Assembly (NCBI GenBank): GCA_963693365.1
Contig: CAVNZM010000004.1
Span: forward strand, 3,338,047 to 3,402,046
Length of the DNA: 64,000 bases
Source: Amoebidium appalachense
Taxonomy: Eukaryota > Protista > Ichthyosporea
Direction of reading: 5' to 3'
The notes under the pieces were generated by a model. The model ran no database searches. It saw only the letters and a program-made list of their open reading frames with translations, and was not told the DNA's origin. Of the stretch, positions 10,706 to 51,256 are shown one piece after another (position 1 is the stretch's first letter; each line of letters begins with the position of its first letter). The translations under genes and the position numbers were made by a program.

Positions 10706-13700
10706 TGTAAACAACTGTACACATGAACTGTACATGTTTACTAAAGAATGTGATCTACTAGCACACAATTCGTTCTTTGTCATGAATATCACATAAATAT
10801 TATGTCCACACCAATAGGAATCAATCTTACCTAAGAAATGAACCATGTATGATTCTACCGCTGCATACCACATAAACGAAGTGAACCAATAAGATGTTTG
10901 CATAAATAGGACGAAGGTCTGACTGGCTTGGACCGCACCAGAATCACGAATGGCATGTTGCCACCCGCGCTGGCCGCGGATGAAGCAATCCTGGGCCTTG
11001 ATCCGAAACCTGGGGGCTATATAACAAAGCCGTCCCAGTACGGGGATCACATCAGTGAAGTCTGAGACAGACTGAGTCGGCCCATAGTAAAAGCAACCTG
11101 GCCGCGTGTGCCTTTCTACCCGTTCTCTGTCTTTATTTTGATTCAGTTGTACTCTGCCTTATCCTAACTAGTCCAACTGTTTACATTGGCGACCGCGGCA
11201 GGACACTGTTATACATTGCCAACTGTTTACATTGGCGACCGCGCAGTTCAAGAATCTCGCATCCTTCGAATCTCACATCTTTCAATCAGTTCAAGAATCT
11301 CACATCTTTCAATCAGCTCAAGAATCTCCCATGGCCGATCACAATCCTTATTACCCCGATGATAGGCACATCTTTCCTTGTCCGGCTTAGAATATATACA
11401 CCGACAAGTTTGAAGTGGCCAGCCCACCTACACGGAAAGAATTGAAAGCATGTAAAACTTCTTTTGCTACGACACATCAAAAATGTGAAGAAAAACGAAT
11501 ACACAACGAAACAACGAATACACGAACAAACGAATAAAGAATTGCTAACGAAGCAATGAACCAACGAAAAACGAACCATCACGAATACGCAATGAAATAA
11601 AGAATTAACGACAAGCGAATGCATAGAGGAAATACGAATGAATGCAACACAAAACAAAACAAAGTAACGAAGTTATCAAACGACAAAAAACGAAAAACGA
11701 AAGCAAAATGAAATGGAAATACGAAAATGAAAGAACGAATGCACAACACTGCTTGGGTTGCAATGCACACAGCCCCCTCTATGTTACGAAGAAAAGAAAA
11801 CCGTTGCCCTTGCGTGCATTGCGCTATTGCACACTGTCATCGTGTCCATGCCACCGCATGCACCTCCACACTCGCAAGCCAGATGCACGGCCACTTTCAG
11901 CACGAATGCATTTAAAGAAGAAGATAGTCGCTGTTCCTATAGCATTGAGGACATAAGGTGCTGTGAAAGTAGTTTTTCATGCATGCTTCGAATTTCTTGC
12001 TGTTTTCGAATACAGCATGCCCCATAGTTTAGCGCACAGGATGCACAACATGCGCATGAATGTATGCTGGCATGCCTAAACACATTACGAACATATGCCT
12101 CATGTATGGCGGCCCTTCCTGGTGCCACGCCCTAACGAATTTGCACTCTTGGTGCACAAAAGGCATGTAATAAAGTCGATGCAGAACTTTTGTTCGTGCA
12201 TGTGAAAAACAAAGAAGGTGTTGGGTACGAATTTTAAGGTGAATGCCCGTCTGTGGCAATACTGTGTAACATACCAATTACACTGTCAAGCCTTGCACTA
12301 GCTGCCGGCACACCCCCACCAGAACAAAAGAATGTGGTATGGGCACCGTTCCCTCACAACCCCAGCATACAGTGTCAGTATTTTGGCTGGAAGCCTTTCA
12401 GTTTCGAATTACGAATACCCTCCTTCACTACTGAAGAAAGTGACGTGGAAGACGAATACGAATACGAATGCAAGGTGTTGTTGACTAACACATCGGACCA
12501 TCATGTGTACCTAGGCCCTGGTACGGAGGTGACCATGTTATTCCCTTGCAATATGATGACACTGTAACAATTTAGCACGTGCATACCCCACCAATGGGCA
12601 CATGCGGGAGACAACCCCACAAGCTGCCTTATTGGGCACCTCTGCTAAAACGAATATTCTTCTCACGAAGGAACAGAAGAATGCCACGAACACGAACCAC
12701 ACACCCCCCAGGCAGCTACTTACGTCTGATGTATGAAAGTAGTAGGTGTGTGAATGGGGTAACTACATGAACACCAACACGAAAGCAAGCACAGCACAAA
12801 GCAGTTCCACGAATACGAATGGTTTTGGTATTCCACACAACGAACAGAACCTACAGTAGGGCCACCTACAAATGAAGCAGAGGATGGGGCACCATCCAGA
12901 CCTGCACTGGAGGATATGAAGATACGAAGCGCGCTCACGAAGTTGCTTACAAAAGAAAGGGCGACTCTGACGACTTTTCTTTTTAGGCCAAGCCTCCAGA
13001 AGAATGTATTATGCCTGGAATCCCCCTGCTCAACGAAAAATGGCTGGCAAATGGGATACGAAAACTGCTCACGAATGGAAGCATGTGTTTTCTGAAGAAG
13101 GTTTGCTTTGCCTACCCTCTTCTTATGAATTATGAACCGGGTTTTTACTGGTTCGAATTCTGACGGGCTGATATATTTCTTTATGTCGCCCAACGAAGAA
13201 CACTTGGGGCATTTTTATTCATGTTTTTCCCAGCTCCGATGATGCAGGGTTAAAGCTGAAAGGAAAGAAGTGCTATTTGTTCATGAAAGAAGTGGCTTTT
13301 CTGGCCATGGCGACTCGCCTTACAGTCTTAAGGTAGAACCGGGATAAGGAGCAGCGGCTAAGCCTTGAAGCTATCCACCACTACCTGAGCTACGAAGTGA
13401 CCTAAGGCTTGAGTTATATTCATTATCGAATGCTTGGTATGATCATTCATCCACACAACCAAATTACTCGCAATTGAAAACGAATCTGCGGGAGTATCCT
13501 AAAAAGGAAAAATTCCCAAAAAGGAAAATATTACTTCTACAGAAAAAGCCAAGCACAGAGACGAAGCGAACAATTCGCACGAACACTCTGCAACAATCTT
13601 CGCCACGAAAATGAACGCACAGAAGAATGCTGCATGAATTTACGTTTTGGCAAACGAAGAAGTGCTCATAGACGTGCACAACTCTATTCAACCATCCTTG

Positions 13701-14296
13701 CTCTGTTCTGCCCAGCAGCTCGGCGCACAAGAATTCTCGCTGAAGGTTGTTTATCGCCTCTCAGCCTGGTGGTTTGCTTGCCTAACGACACCACCAGGCT
13801 CCCGACAAGGGGGGAGTGTAAACAACTGTACACATGAACTGTACATGTTTACTAAAGAATGTGATCTACTAGCACACAATTCGTTCTTTGTCATGAATAT
13901 CACATAAATATTATGTCCACACCAATAGGAATCAATCTTACCTAAGAAATGAACCATGTATGATTCTACCGCTGCATACCACATAAACGAAGTGAACCAA
14001 TAAGATGTTTGCATAAATAGGACGAAGGTCTGACTGGCTTGGACCGCACCAGAATCACGAATGGCATGTTGCCACCCGCGCTGGCCGCGGATGAAGCAAT
14101 CCTGGGCCTTGATCCGAAACCTGGGGGCTATATAACAAAGCCGTCCCAGTACGGGGATCACATCAGTGAAGTCTGAGACAGACTGAGTCGGCCCATAGTA
14201 AAAGCAACCTGGCCGCGTGTGCCTTTCTACCCGTTCTCTGTCTTTATTTTGATTCAGTTGTACTCTGCCTTATCCTAACTAGTCCAACTGTTTACA
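10706..14296 (+). mobile_element. Non-autonomous Ty3/Gypsy-derived LTR retrotransposon (3.6 kb)
   Basis: LTRs at 10706-11185 and 13817-14296 are both 480 bp, run TGTAAACA...TGTTTACA and look identical. TSD CTTAC at 10701-10705 and 14297-14301. PBS at 11187-11203 and PPT AAGGGGGGAG before the 3' LTR. Broken RT remnant EEHLGH...AGLKLKGKKCYLFMKEVAFL at about 13195-13308. Confidence 0.95.
11187..11203 (+). promoter_or_regulatory. Primer-binding site, tRNA-Ser-like
   Basis: TGGCGACCGCGGCAGGA lies 1 nt after the 5' LTR. Its reverse complement matches the 3' end plus CCA of the tRNA-Ser at 40502-40583 at 14/17 positions. Confidence 0.75.
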
Positions 14297-14468
14297 CTTA
14301 CACCACAAACATGGAAAATGTAAATGACGAGAGAATCTCCACAAACATGGAAAATGTAAATGACGAGAGAATCTGTTGGGATGTTTAATTTTGATGAGCT
14401 GGAGTCTATCTCCCCCCTCCCCCCTCCCCTTCGCCGTTCAATGAAAACTTGGTAGCATGTGTATCATT

Positions 14469-14644
<176 letters not shown>

Positions 14645-14824
14645 TCTCCCGCTACCACGGGCAAATACATTCAATAATCATTACGGAAACTTGGTACTGT
14701 TACCGGGCAAATACAATATACATGAAAATTTGGATAAGATTGAAGCAGATCACATTCGAATAAACATTACAGAAAACTTGGTATGAAAACTTTGTACCAC
14801 GTCTTTCCTCCACCACACCCATCA

Positions 14825-15450
14825 CAAACCCCTATAGATGTGGATGTGTGCCTACTGCCCACACCACCACAAATACGTTTCCCCCACCGCACCCACCACA
14901 AACCCTAAGTAAGATGTGAATGTGGGGCCTACCCGCCGCCACCACTACAACTACGTTTCCCCCACCGCACCCACCACAAACCCTAAGTAAGATGTGAATG
15001 TGGGGCCTACCCGCCGCCACCACTACAACTACGTTTCCCCCACCGCACCCACCACAAACCCTAAGTAAGATGTGAATGTGGGGCCTACCCGCCGCCACCA
15101 CTACAACTACGTTTCCCCCACCGCACCCACCACAAACCCTAAGTAAGATGTGAATGTGGGGCCTACCCGCCGCCACCACTACAACTACGTTTCCCCCACC
15201 GCACCCACCACAAACCCTAAGTAAGATGTGAATGTGGGGCCTACCCGCCGCCACCACTACAACTACGTTTCCCCCACCGCACCCACCACAAACCCTAAGT
15301 AAGATGTGAATGTGGGGCCTACCCGCCGCCACCACTACAACTACGTTTCCCCCACCGCACCCACCACAAACCCTAAGTAAGATGTGAATGTGGGGCCTAC
15401 CCGCCGCCACCACTACAACTACGTTTCCCCCACCGCACCCACCACAAACC

Positions 15451-15453
<3 letters not shown>
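14825..15453. repeat. 78-bp tandem repeat, about 8 copies, starting at the JmjC gene stop codon
   Basis: CCCTAAGTAAGATGTGAATGTGGGGCC recurs at 14903, 14981, 15059, 15137, 15215, 15293 and 15371. Confidence 0.95.
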
Positions 15454-19930
<4,477 letters not shown>

Positions 19931-20045
19931 GTTGCTGTGTGTGTTTTTGTGATGTGTGTAATTGTGAGCACCCTCTGCCTGTAAGACTGTCTGTGAGAGC
20001 GCTCTGTCTGTGTGCTTGTGCCACCGTGTTGTAGCGCTCGTGCTT

Positions 20046-20171
<126 letters not shown>

Positions 20172-20472
20172 AATCGTTCCTAGGAAAGCTCGTGCATGCG
20201 CGCGCTATGTTTTTTGTGTCCAGTCTAACAATGTTTGTGTTTAGCAGAACACGTTTGTGTGTGTGCTCTGTTTTCGTATCCCAAACAATCTACGATTGTG
20301 TGCATAAGCCTAAAATGTGCCTCGCACAGGGAAACATGAAGGAAATTCTATGTATCTGTATTGGCTAAAAAAGGGGACAACTGATAGCGCGGTGTGCACA
20401 GGTTATTATAACAAGTTTCTTTGTTGTTTTCGTTCTGTTTTTGGCAATCTAGCCTATTTGTAATTACAATGG

Positions 20473-20740
20473 AAACATGTACAACAGCAGCGCCGGGCGA
20501 AAGTGACACGAACTGGTGTGGTGCGCTTGATTATGTTTGAAACATGCACAACAGCAGCGCTGGGCGAAAGTGACACGAACTGATGTGGTGCGCCTGATTA
20601 CGTTTGAAACATGCACAACAGCAGCGCTGGGCGAAAGTGACACGAATTGGTGTGGCGCGCTTGGTTATGTTTGAAACATGTACAACAGCAGCGCCGGGCG
20701 AAAGTAACACGAACTGGTGTGGTGCGCTTGGTTATATTTG
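20473..20740. repeat. 67-bp tandem repeat, 4 copies, upstream of the JmjC gene
   Basis: AAACATGYACAACAGCAGCGCYGGGCGAAAGT at 20473, 20540, 20607 and 20674. Confidence 0.92.
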
Positions 20741-21497
20741 TTCGTTCGGGAATCAAGATGGACTCTTGTAATTTCTCCGTTGTATATAGAGCGCAAAGAG
20801 AGTGTTGAACATATATTCTCATTTCGCAAAGCTTGAAGCAAGCAAGAAAATCACGTTTTTGATGACTGGCCAATTAATGTTTTGTTCAGTTTGGCCAATG
20901 GAATCACTGATTGGCGCGTACGTGATAATAAGCTAATCAGTGAGATCGGCTAATAATAGTTTGGGTAGCAAGGCCAGCCTGCCCAACCAAGACCCTTTTG
21001 CGAGTAACAATTGTGATTTATTCTAATAGGCAATAAATATTAAAAAAGCATAATTTATTTATGTTTATTTATACTTTACGCGGACACAGACATTTGCTTG
21101 GAATTTTGTTTGGAAAGGGTCCTGTGAATCTGGTCTTCGAAAAGCGTTGCAGCCTTGAGTCACGGTGTATTGACCAACTAGATTGTACCAATGCCGATAA
21201 GCGCTTGCCTAGAGTACCAGTGCCCGATCACGTTGACCCAACCACTATTCACCAATCACCGATTGGTTTTGTTGGCTGGCGCATTTACGTGATGACTGGC
21301 CAATGAAATTACTTAGTGACTGATAGCAGCACCGACCCTGGAGCGTTTTGACTGAGCAAGGAATAAGGGAAATCCTAAAAGAGGGTTGTATGTTTTATGA
21401 CATATAAGGTTCTATAAATAGGTTCTATAAATAAACAACCATGCGCTTGGGATTTTGGTTGGAAAGCGTTTTGTATTTGCCCAATTTGAATCCGATG

Positions 21498-23802
21498 CTT
21501 CGATTTCGGTCAATCAGAATACCCTGAGCATCAGCGCCGCGAATCACGTGGGGCAAGAACCAACCCCTATGCACCAATCAAAACGCTTGCACGTAAAAAG
21601 GTCCGCGAATAAGATGTTGTGAAAGCGTATATCCTTCGATGTTTTAAACTAGCGCTCGTTTTGTCCTGTATATTATATTTTTATTTCGTATATTCACCTT
21701 TTTTATACAGTTTACCTGTGAACCAAACACGATTAGAGATATATTCACTAACAGCGCCAAAAAGTTCTGTTTTTCTTATGCTTGATTCTCGTAACATAAG
21801 ATCGTATTTTGCGCAATGGCTTCATATAAATTATTGATGGCGGTTTTTTTATATCAGTTCACAGCGCTGTCATTTTCTACTTTTCTGATTCTTTTGTTCA
21901 TGGCTGTGTTTGCACACGACGGTGTTTGCCTAGAGAAACGTAACACTCTCTTTTTTTTTCTTTTTCTCTTGTTCACGACTGGGTTTGCACAGGACTGTGT
22001 TTGCGCAGAGAAACGTAACACTCTTTTTTTTACTTTTTCCTTTGTTCACAACAGAGAATCGTATTCGTAGCACTTTCTTTTTTTTTTTTCCTTTTTCCCT
22101 TGTTTTTTTTTTCCTTTTTCCCTTGTTCACGACTGGGTTTGCACACGACTGTGTTTGCGCAGAGAAACGTAAGACTTCCTTTCTTTTTTTCCCTTTGTTT
22201 ATCCTTTTTTTTTTGTGAAAACTGTCACGATGGATTATTCCCAGCAAACTCCCGGGTCGGGGTCATACGAAACCAACATCAGCAAGTCCGCCGACCCCGT
22301 CACATCGGAAGTCCCCCCCCATCCAACCCCCCCCACACTCCGGCGGCGAAGTCCCCCCCCCATCCAACCCCCCCCCACACTCCGGCGGCGAACTTGAAGT
22401 CCCCCCCCCATCGAACCCCCCCCCCCACACTCCGGCGGCGAAGTCCCCCCCCCATCCAACCCCCCCCCACGACATCCAAATCCTTAAGGGGGAAATTGCC
22501 GAGCTAAAATCGGCGGCGGCCAAACAAAAACACTTCGCCGATTTTAGCTCGGCAATTTCCCCCTTAAGGATTTGGATGTCGTGATCCTTCGTTTGTAATT
22601 CTTTCTCTGCGGCTTCCAGCTTCTCCTGCAATTCGGTGGTTGGGGTGGTGACAGCGGGTGCAGTGGCCGCAGTACCGACCTTTGCCAATGCAGAGGCAAT
22701 GGCACTGTCTACTTTCGACTGCAACACAGTCTCCAAGTACTCTTCGAACATTTTTGGATCGACGGGAGCAGTGTCGCCGGAGTGTGGGGGGGGGGGTTGG
22801 ATGGGGGGGGGACTTCGCCGCCGGAGTGTGGGGGGGGTTGGATGGGGGGGGGACTTCGCCGCCGGAGTGTGGGGGGGGGGGTTCGATGGGGGGGGGACTT
22901 CAAGTTCGCCGCCGGAGTGTGGGGGGGGGTTGGATGGGGGGGGGACTTCGCCGCCGGAGTGTGGGGGGGGGTTGGATGGGGGGGGGGACTTCCGATGTGA
23001 CGGGGTCGGCGGACTTGCTGATGTTGGTTTCGTATGACCCCGACCCGGGAGTTTGCTGGGAATAATCCATCGTGACAGTTTTCACAAAAAAAAAAGGATA
23101 AACAAAGGGAAAAAAAGAAAGGAAGTCTTACGTTTCTCTGCGCAAACACAGTCGTGTGCAAACCCAGTCGTGAACAAGGGAAAAAGGAAAAAAAAAACAA
23201 GGGAAAAAGGAAAAAAAAAAAAGAAAGTGCTACGAATACGATTCTCTGTTGTGAACAAAGGAAAAAGTAAAAAAAAGAGTGTTACGTTTCTCTGCGCAAA
23301 CACAGTCCTGTGCAAACCCAGTCGTGAACAAGAGAAAAAGAAAAAAAAAGAGAGTGTTACGTTTCTCTAGGCAAACACCGTCGTGTGCAAACACAGCCAT
23401 GAACAAAAGAATCAGAAAAGTAGAAAATGACAGCGCTGTGAACTGATATAAAAAAACCGCCATCAATAATTTATATGAAGCCATTGCGCAAAATACGATC
23501 TTATGTTACGAGAATCAAGCATAAGAAAAACAGAACTTTTTGGCGCTGTTAGTGAATATATCTCTAATCGTGTTTGGTTCACAGGTAAACTGTATAAAAA
23601 AGGTGAATATACGAAATAAAAATATAATATACAGGACAAAACGAGCGCTAGTTTAAAACATCGAAGGATATACGCTTTCACAACATCTTATTCGCGGACC
23701 TTTTTACGTGCAAGCGTTTTGATTGGTGCATAGGGGTTGGTTCTTGCCCCACGTGATTCGCGGCGCTGATGCTCAGGGTATTCTGATTGACCGAAATCGA
23801 AG
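21498..23802. repeat. Long inverted repeat / fold-back palindrome: outer arms 21498-22470 and about 22830-23802, inner arms 22468-22515 and 22536-22583, 20-nt loop
   Basis: Mirror ORFs have identical translations (21619-21837+ with 23463-23681-; 22100+ with 23200-), and paired coordinates sum to 45300. The inner 48-bp stem is perfect. Confidence 0.95.
22516..23071 (-). pseudogene. Truncated gene inside the palindrome: Pro-rich repeats (SPPPSNPPHTPAAK) followed by a coiled coil
   Basis: MDYSQQTPGSGSYETNISKSADPVTSE, then repeats with poly-C frameshifts, then MFEEYLETVLQSKVDSAI..ELQEKLEAAEKELQTKDHDIQILKGEIAELKSA, cut at the hairpin loop. An internally deleted copy runs on the plus strand from about 22229. 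Confidence 0.6.
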
Positions 23803-24472
23803 AATTCTGCTAACCCCGGGGCCCCGGGGGGGGGGCCGGGCCGGGGGTGGCTCGCGGGCCGGGCCGGGCCCCCGGTCCCCGGCGCCCCGGGCCCCAGGCC
23901 TAGCGGCCTAGGGCCTATGGCCCAATAGACGGGCCTGCGGCCCGTTAAGGCCTTCGGCCCGACCCGGAAAACCTTACAACCAACCCGAATATCCCAATAA
24001 GCCGGCTGAGCCTATGAGCCTGTGACGGTGGTCATGTCACTGTGTGACCTCAACTGCCGCTGTCAGGACGGTTCCAGCCAAAAAAAATCTTGAAAACTGA
24101 GATACAAGAGCGATAATTGTTTCCTTACCCTTTTCTCCATGTATAAGTATGAAAAATACATTGAGCATTTCATTTTTCATGCTGGTACAGTAGAGTCACG
24201 GCAGCGCTTTGATGGGCAAGACCCAGGAACCAATCAAACGCTGGGCAGTTGACTGCGGTTACAGTGCGGTCAACATATATGATTGGCACAAGTAAGAGGT
24301 CACCGACTGTAAATTTGTAACATAAACGTTACAAAAACAGTGTTCGAGTTGAGTACGAACATATTGTTTGCCTGAGGTGCACGTGGAGCGAATGTAAGCC
24401 GCCACACCATGTAGGCCGTCCACCAACAGCATCACTTTAGTGACCTAGCTGTGTTGAACAACGCCCGTGATC

Positions 24473-25452
24473 ATGTTGTCGAGACTGCCGCTCATGCACG
24501 CCACTGACCTCGCCCAGACAACAGAGGTACTGTTGGACATCCACAAAATGGTGGCCAGACATGACCGCCGCGACCTGCTCGAGCACGAGTACGTGCGCTG
24601 GATTCGTGGCCTTTAGGAGATGTAGTTGGAGGCTAACGCTCTCATGATCTACCATTGCCAGGCACACAAGGACCTGATTTCAGAAGCACAGCTCAAAGGT
24701 GATACTGCCGCATTGCAGAAGTTGAAGGCAGAGCTTGAAGGGCACAAGGAATACATAGAAGAGGGCGCCGAGATTTTTCTCAGGTGCATGGCCTATATGG
24801 AAGAAAACCGTATGCGGGAGGACTTCCTGAGTCAGCTTCATGCGCAGCCACAGAAAGGTAAGAATGATTCCTTTGCCCCTCCTCCGGGCCCACTACCCCC
24901 CTCCCCCCTTCCCTCTCCCCCCTACCACTTCCCCCTCCCCCCCCCCCCCCCCCCCTGTTTCTTGCCGTGGTGCACTCCTGCTGCCGTCTACTGCCGCCCC
25001 CCCCCCCCCCCCCCCCCCCCCCCCCCACACACACACCTTTTTTTTTTGTCCCCGGCTATTTGCTATGATTCTCCATCCCTGTGTGTCTTACTAGTAGTTT
25101 AGCGGCCAAATGTTTTCGTGTTTGTTTCGCTGGTGCAAATTTTAGACCCTCATGTCCGACACCCACATTTACAGGTACGAACGACCGCCAGCCAGCGACT
25201 GGCGCCATAACGTCGGTGTGGTCGCTGTGGCATGGGCTGTGTGCAGTTGCACAAAAACCCAGACCCACTACGAGCACCCAGACAACCACGGCGACCAAAG
25301 GAGCGGACACAACGGTGAAGGCTACGACCCGAGGAACTTCTTACGGTGCTTGCAGAGAGAAGGAGAGTAGTGTTGGGGGGTTCGAAAGGCACCTGGAGGC
25401 AAATGATGGTGTAAATGGCTTGGTTACAGATACAATACCCCTGCTTCGCTAG
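24473..25452 (+). CDS. Hypothetical protein, 3 exons (24473-24526, 24662-24857, 25175-25452)
   Basis: GT-AG introns with compatible phases and a CTAAC branch point before exon 2. Exon 2 is helical (AHKDLISEAQLKGDTAALQKLKAELE). Confidence 0.55.
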
Positions 25453-25936
25453 CATGCGATTGAATGCCTTTATGGCATGTCGGAGAATGGCGGTGACGTA
25501 CCACTAATGCTGGGGTGCAGCTGGCCCAGGTAGAAAAGATGATTCCACCCACCTTCCGAATTCGAATGTGATTCTCTCAGCATAACAGTTGTATGTACAG
25601 GTTTTAGCACGGCCCTCTGAACACAGAGGGCCGTGGTTTTAGCCGCCCCAAAAAAAACCTTCAGTGTGATTTAACCAGTCTACATAAGTGAACGATGAAC
25701 ATAGACGTTAATTGCTGTAGTTTGCCTGCTTTTTGCCTAGTTTACACAAAGTGTAACAGTTGTAGCCTACTCATTCCTTGTAATATTTATTATTCATAAA
25801 CCTTGTAAACATGTACATCGTCACATTGGGCACCTTCCCCCCCTCCTTCCCCCCCCCCCCCCCAAAAAAAAAAAAATAAAAATAAAAATAAAAGAAAAAA
25901 AATAAAATAAAACTTCATTTGTCCACCAGCCGATCC

Positions 25937-25987
<51 letters not shown>

Positions 25988-26100
25988 CCCCTTTCACTGT
26001 TTAGGACGTGCATGATGTACCTCGATCAGACGACATACACTTGCGGACACACAATACACGCTCAAAGAAACACAAATGTACACGGACACACACAAACACA

Positions 26101-26183
<83 letters not shown>

Positions 26184-27140
26184 GCACAGATGCACACATA
26201 ATCACATACACAAGGACACGGTTGCCCGGCAGCTCACGCGTGCACACATACACACAAGCGCTCACAAGCCTTCGCACACACACCTTCGCTCACGCGCGCG
26301 CACACATAAACACACAAGCACGGACACACACACACACACACAGCACACGGCACACATCACACAATGATTTTCACACACACAGTATCGCGGTACCAAGGAG
26401 TCAACCGGTACCAAGGCCTCCGGAGTCAGAGGCGGCTTGGAGGCCGCGGCTTCAACTGAGTGTGGCTCATCAAAAGGCGCAGTCATTGCACAGTGCCCGA
26501 ATTTTTTTTGGAATGGCCGACTCAGAGTGTGTGCTGTGATCATGCAATGCATCACCGAGTGTGTGTCAGGCTGTCTGGCTTAGGTACTTAGGGTGTAAGT
26601 GTGGGCGGGATGGACAGTAGGCACCGTAAGATTGGTCTTGAGTTTGTACGTTGTGTGGCTGCCTAGAAATTTGTTTGGATTAGAGACCTGCATGGTCGTT
26701 CATTTGCACTTTTAGGGCTAGAGAGGTGGAGCACAGCTCATGACCGAGTTAGGGGACTGCCCCTGACTGCCCAGCATCTTAGCAACCCGGTGTGGAGCGT
26801 CAAGCTCAAAGGTACGGCCACAGAACGACGCATTTAAGTTTATGGTCTTAAGAAATGTGCTGAAGTGCTACTAGGAACTTTTATCCGCTTTCCACTGCCA
26901 GTTGTTTGGGACCGCTTTCAGGTGTGCCTATTGGCCTGCACAGTCAATGTTCTGTAGTCCCAGACACCAGGGAATTGACACGGATACATGCACCTGTGCA
27001 CACAAGGATATAACAGCAAAGGCAGCACAACAGAACTCACTTGCTAAACACACATATACATCCGTTAGACATACGCACACAGAGAAAGAAAAAAATGTGC
27101 GGGGGGGGGGGGGGGGGGGGGAAGGGGGAGGGGGGGGGGG

Positions 27141-27222
<82 letters not shown>

Positions 27223-27288
27223 GAGAGGTTGAGAGAGAGAGAGAAAGGGGGAGAGGGGGTGGAGGAGAGAGAGGAGGCGTGGGGAAGG

Positions 27289-27331
<43 letters not shown>

Positions 27332-28363
27332 GGGGGTGTGTGTGTTTGTGTGTGAGTGAGCGGGAGAGAGAGAAAATGAAAGGGAGAGCGAGCGAGAGGG
27401 AGGAAGGGAGGGAGGGGGGGGGGGGGAGAAGGAGTGGGGGGCGGGAAGAGAGAGTGTGTGTGAGAGAGAAAGAAAGAGAGATGGAGAGGGGTGTTGGTGG
27501 GGAGAGGAATGAGGGGAATGGGGTTAAGGAATTCGCACCCTTGCTGGAGGAACAAGCAGCAGAACGAGATAACTTGAAGTGCGATTGTTTTTTTCGCTCA
27601 CGAAGTGATAGTGCAAACTACTAGCCAACCTCCCCCCCCCCCCCCCCCCCCCGCCTTTGCATGTGTCCTGCACCATGCTTCTCATCGTGTATGCGTACTT
27701 CGTACTGTGTTCCGCATTCAAACCCCCCCCCCCCCCCCCCCCCCCCGCCCACCCACCCACACACCCACACACTCACACTCCTTGTCTCTCCCTCTCACCC
27801 GCTCCCTTTCCTTCACCTTCTCCCCCCCCCCACAACTTTCTCTCCTCCTCCTCCCCCTCTCCTCTCTCATCTCTTTCTCACTCATTCTCTCGCCCACCCC
27901 CCCCCCCCCCCCTGCCCCCTTCTCTCTTTCTCTCTAGGCCCCCCCCTCCCCCTCCCCCCCCTCCTTCCCCCCATCACACGCACACGAGCATACACGCGTG
28001 CATACATGCACATGAACACGCAGGCACATCTACTCCAAAAGTCAAACAAATACACATCCACACCCGCGCAGGCTATACTCCTGCACACAGCAGCACAGAT
28101 TTCCCCCCCCCCCCCCCCCCCCCCAGGGCTTCTTCTTTGCGCACCCACCTGTCCTCCCTCGCAGCTCTACACAGACCCCAAGTGCCTTTTGTTATGCCAG
28201 ATGATAAACTGTCGTTCCATACACTCCAGCCACTAATCGTATCTTGCACATTTGTAACAAAAAGGGTCAATGTGTGGTCGAATCAATACCACCCAGCCTA
28301 TGTACCCTATCTGCTTCTGGACGTCCATTTTTGTTACTTACCAAGCTTTCACGCAGCACACAG

Positions 28364-51256
<22,893 letters not shown>

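Noticed and set aside
13647-13790. Chromodomain remnant at the end of the LTR element pol region
   Set aside because: Similarity (QEFSLK) is too weak to call by eye.
10679-14161. Duplicated minus-strand ORFs MIPVLGRLCY...
   Set aside because: They are antisense translations of the two LTRs, useful only as evidence of LTR identity.
23808-23820. CTAACCCC as a telomere seed at the palindrome end
   Set aside because: Single occurrence with no tandem telomeric array.
25608-25635. Perfect 12-bp hairpin CACGGCCCTCTG-AACA-CAGAGGGCCGTG as a Helitron 3' end or terminator
   Set aside because: No correctly spaced CTRR end or matching 5' TC end was found; isolated and functionally unsupported.
25990-27620. 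Possible minus-strand exons between the 3-exon gene and DCTN1 (e.g. 26535-26385)
   Set aside because: No consistent spliced reading frame or recognisable motif could be assembled.
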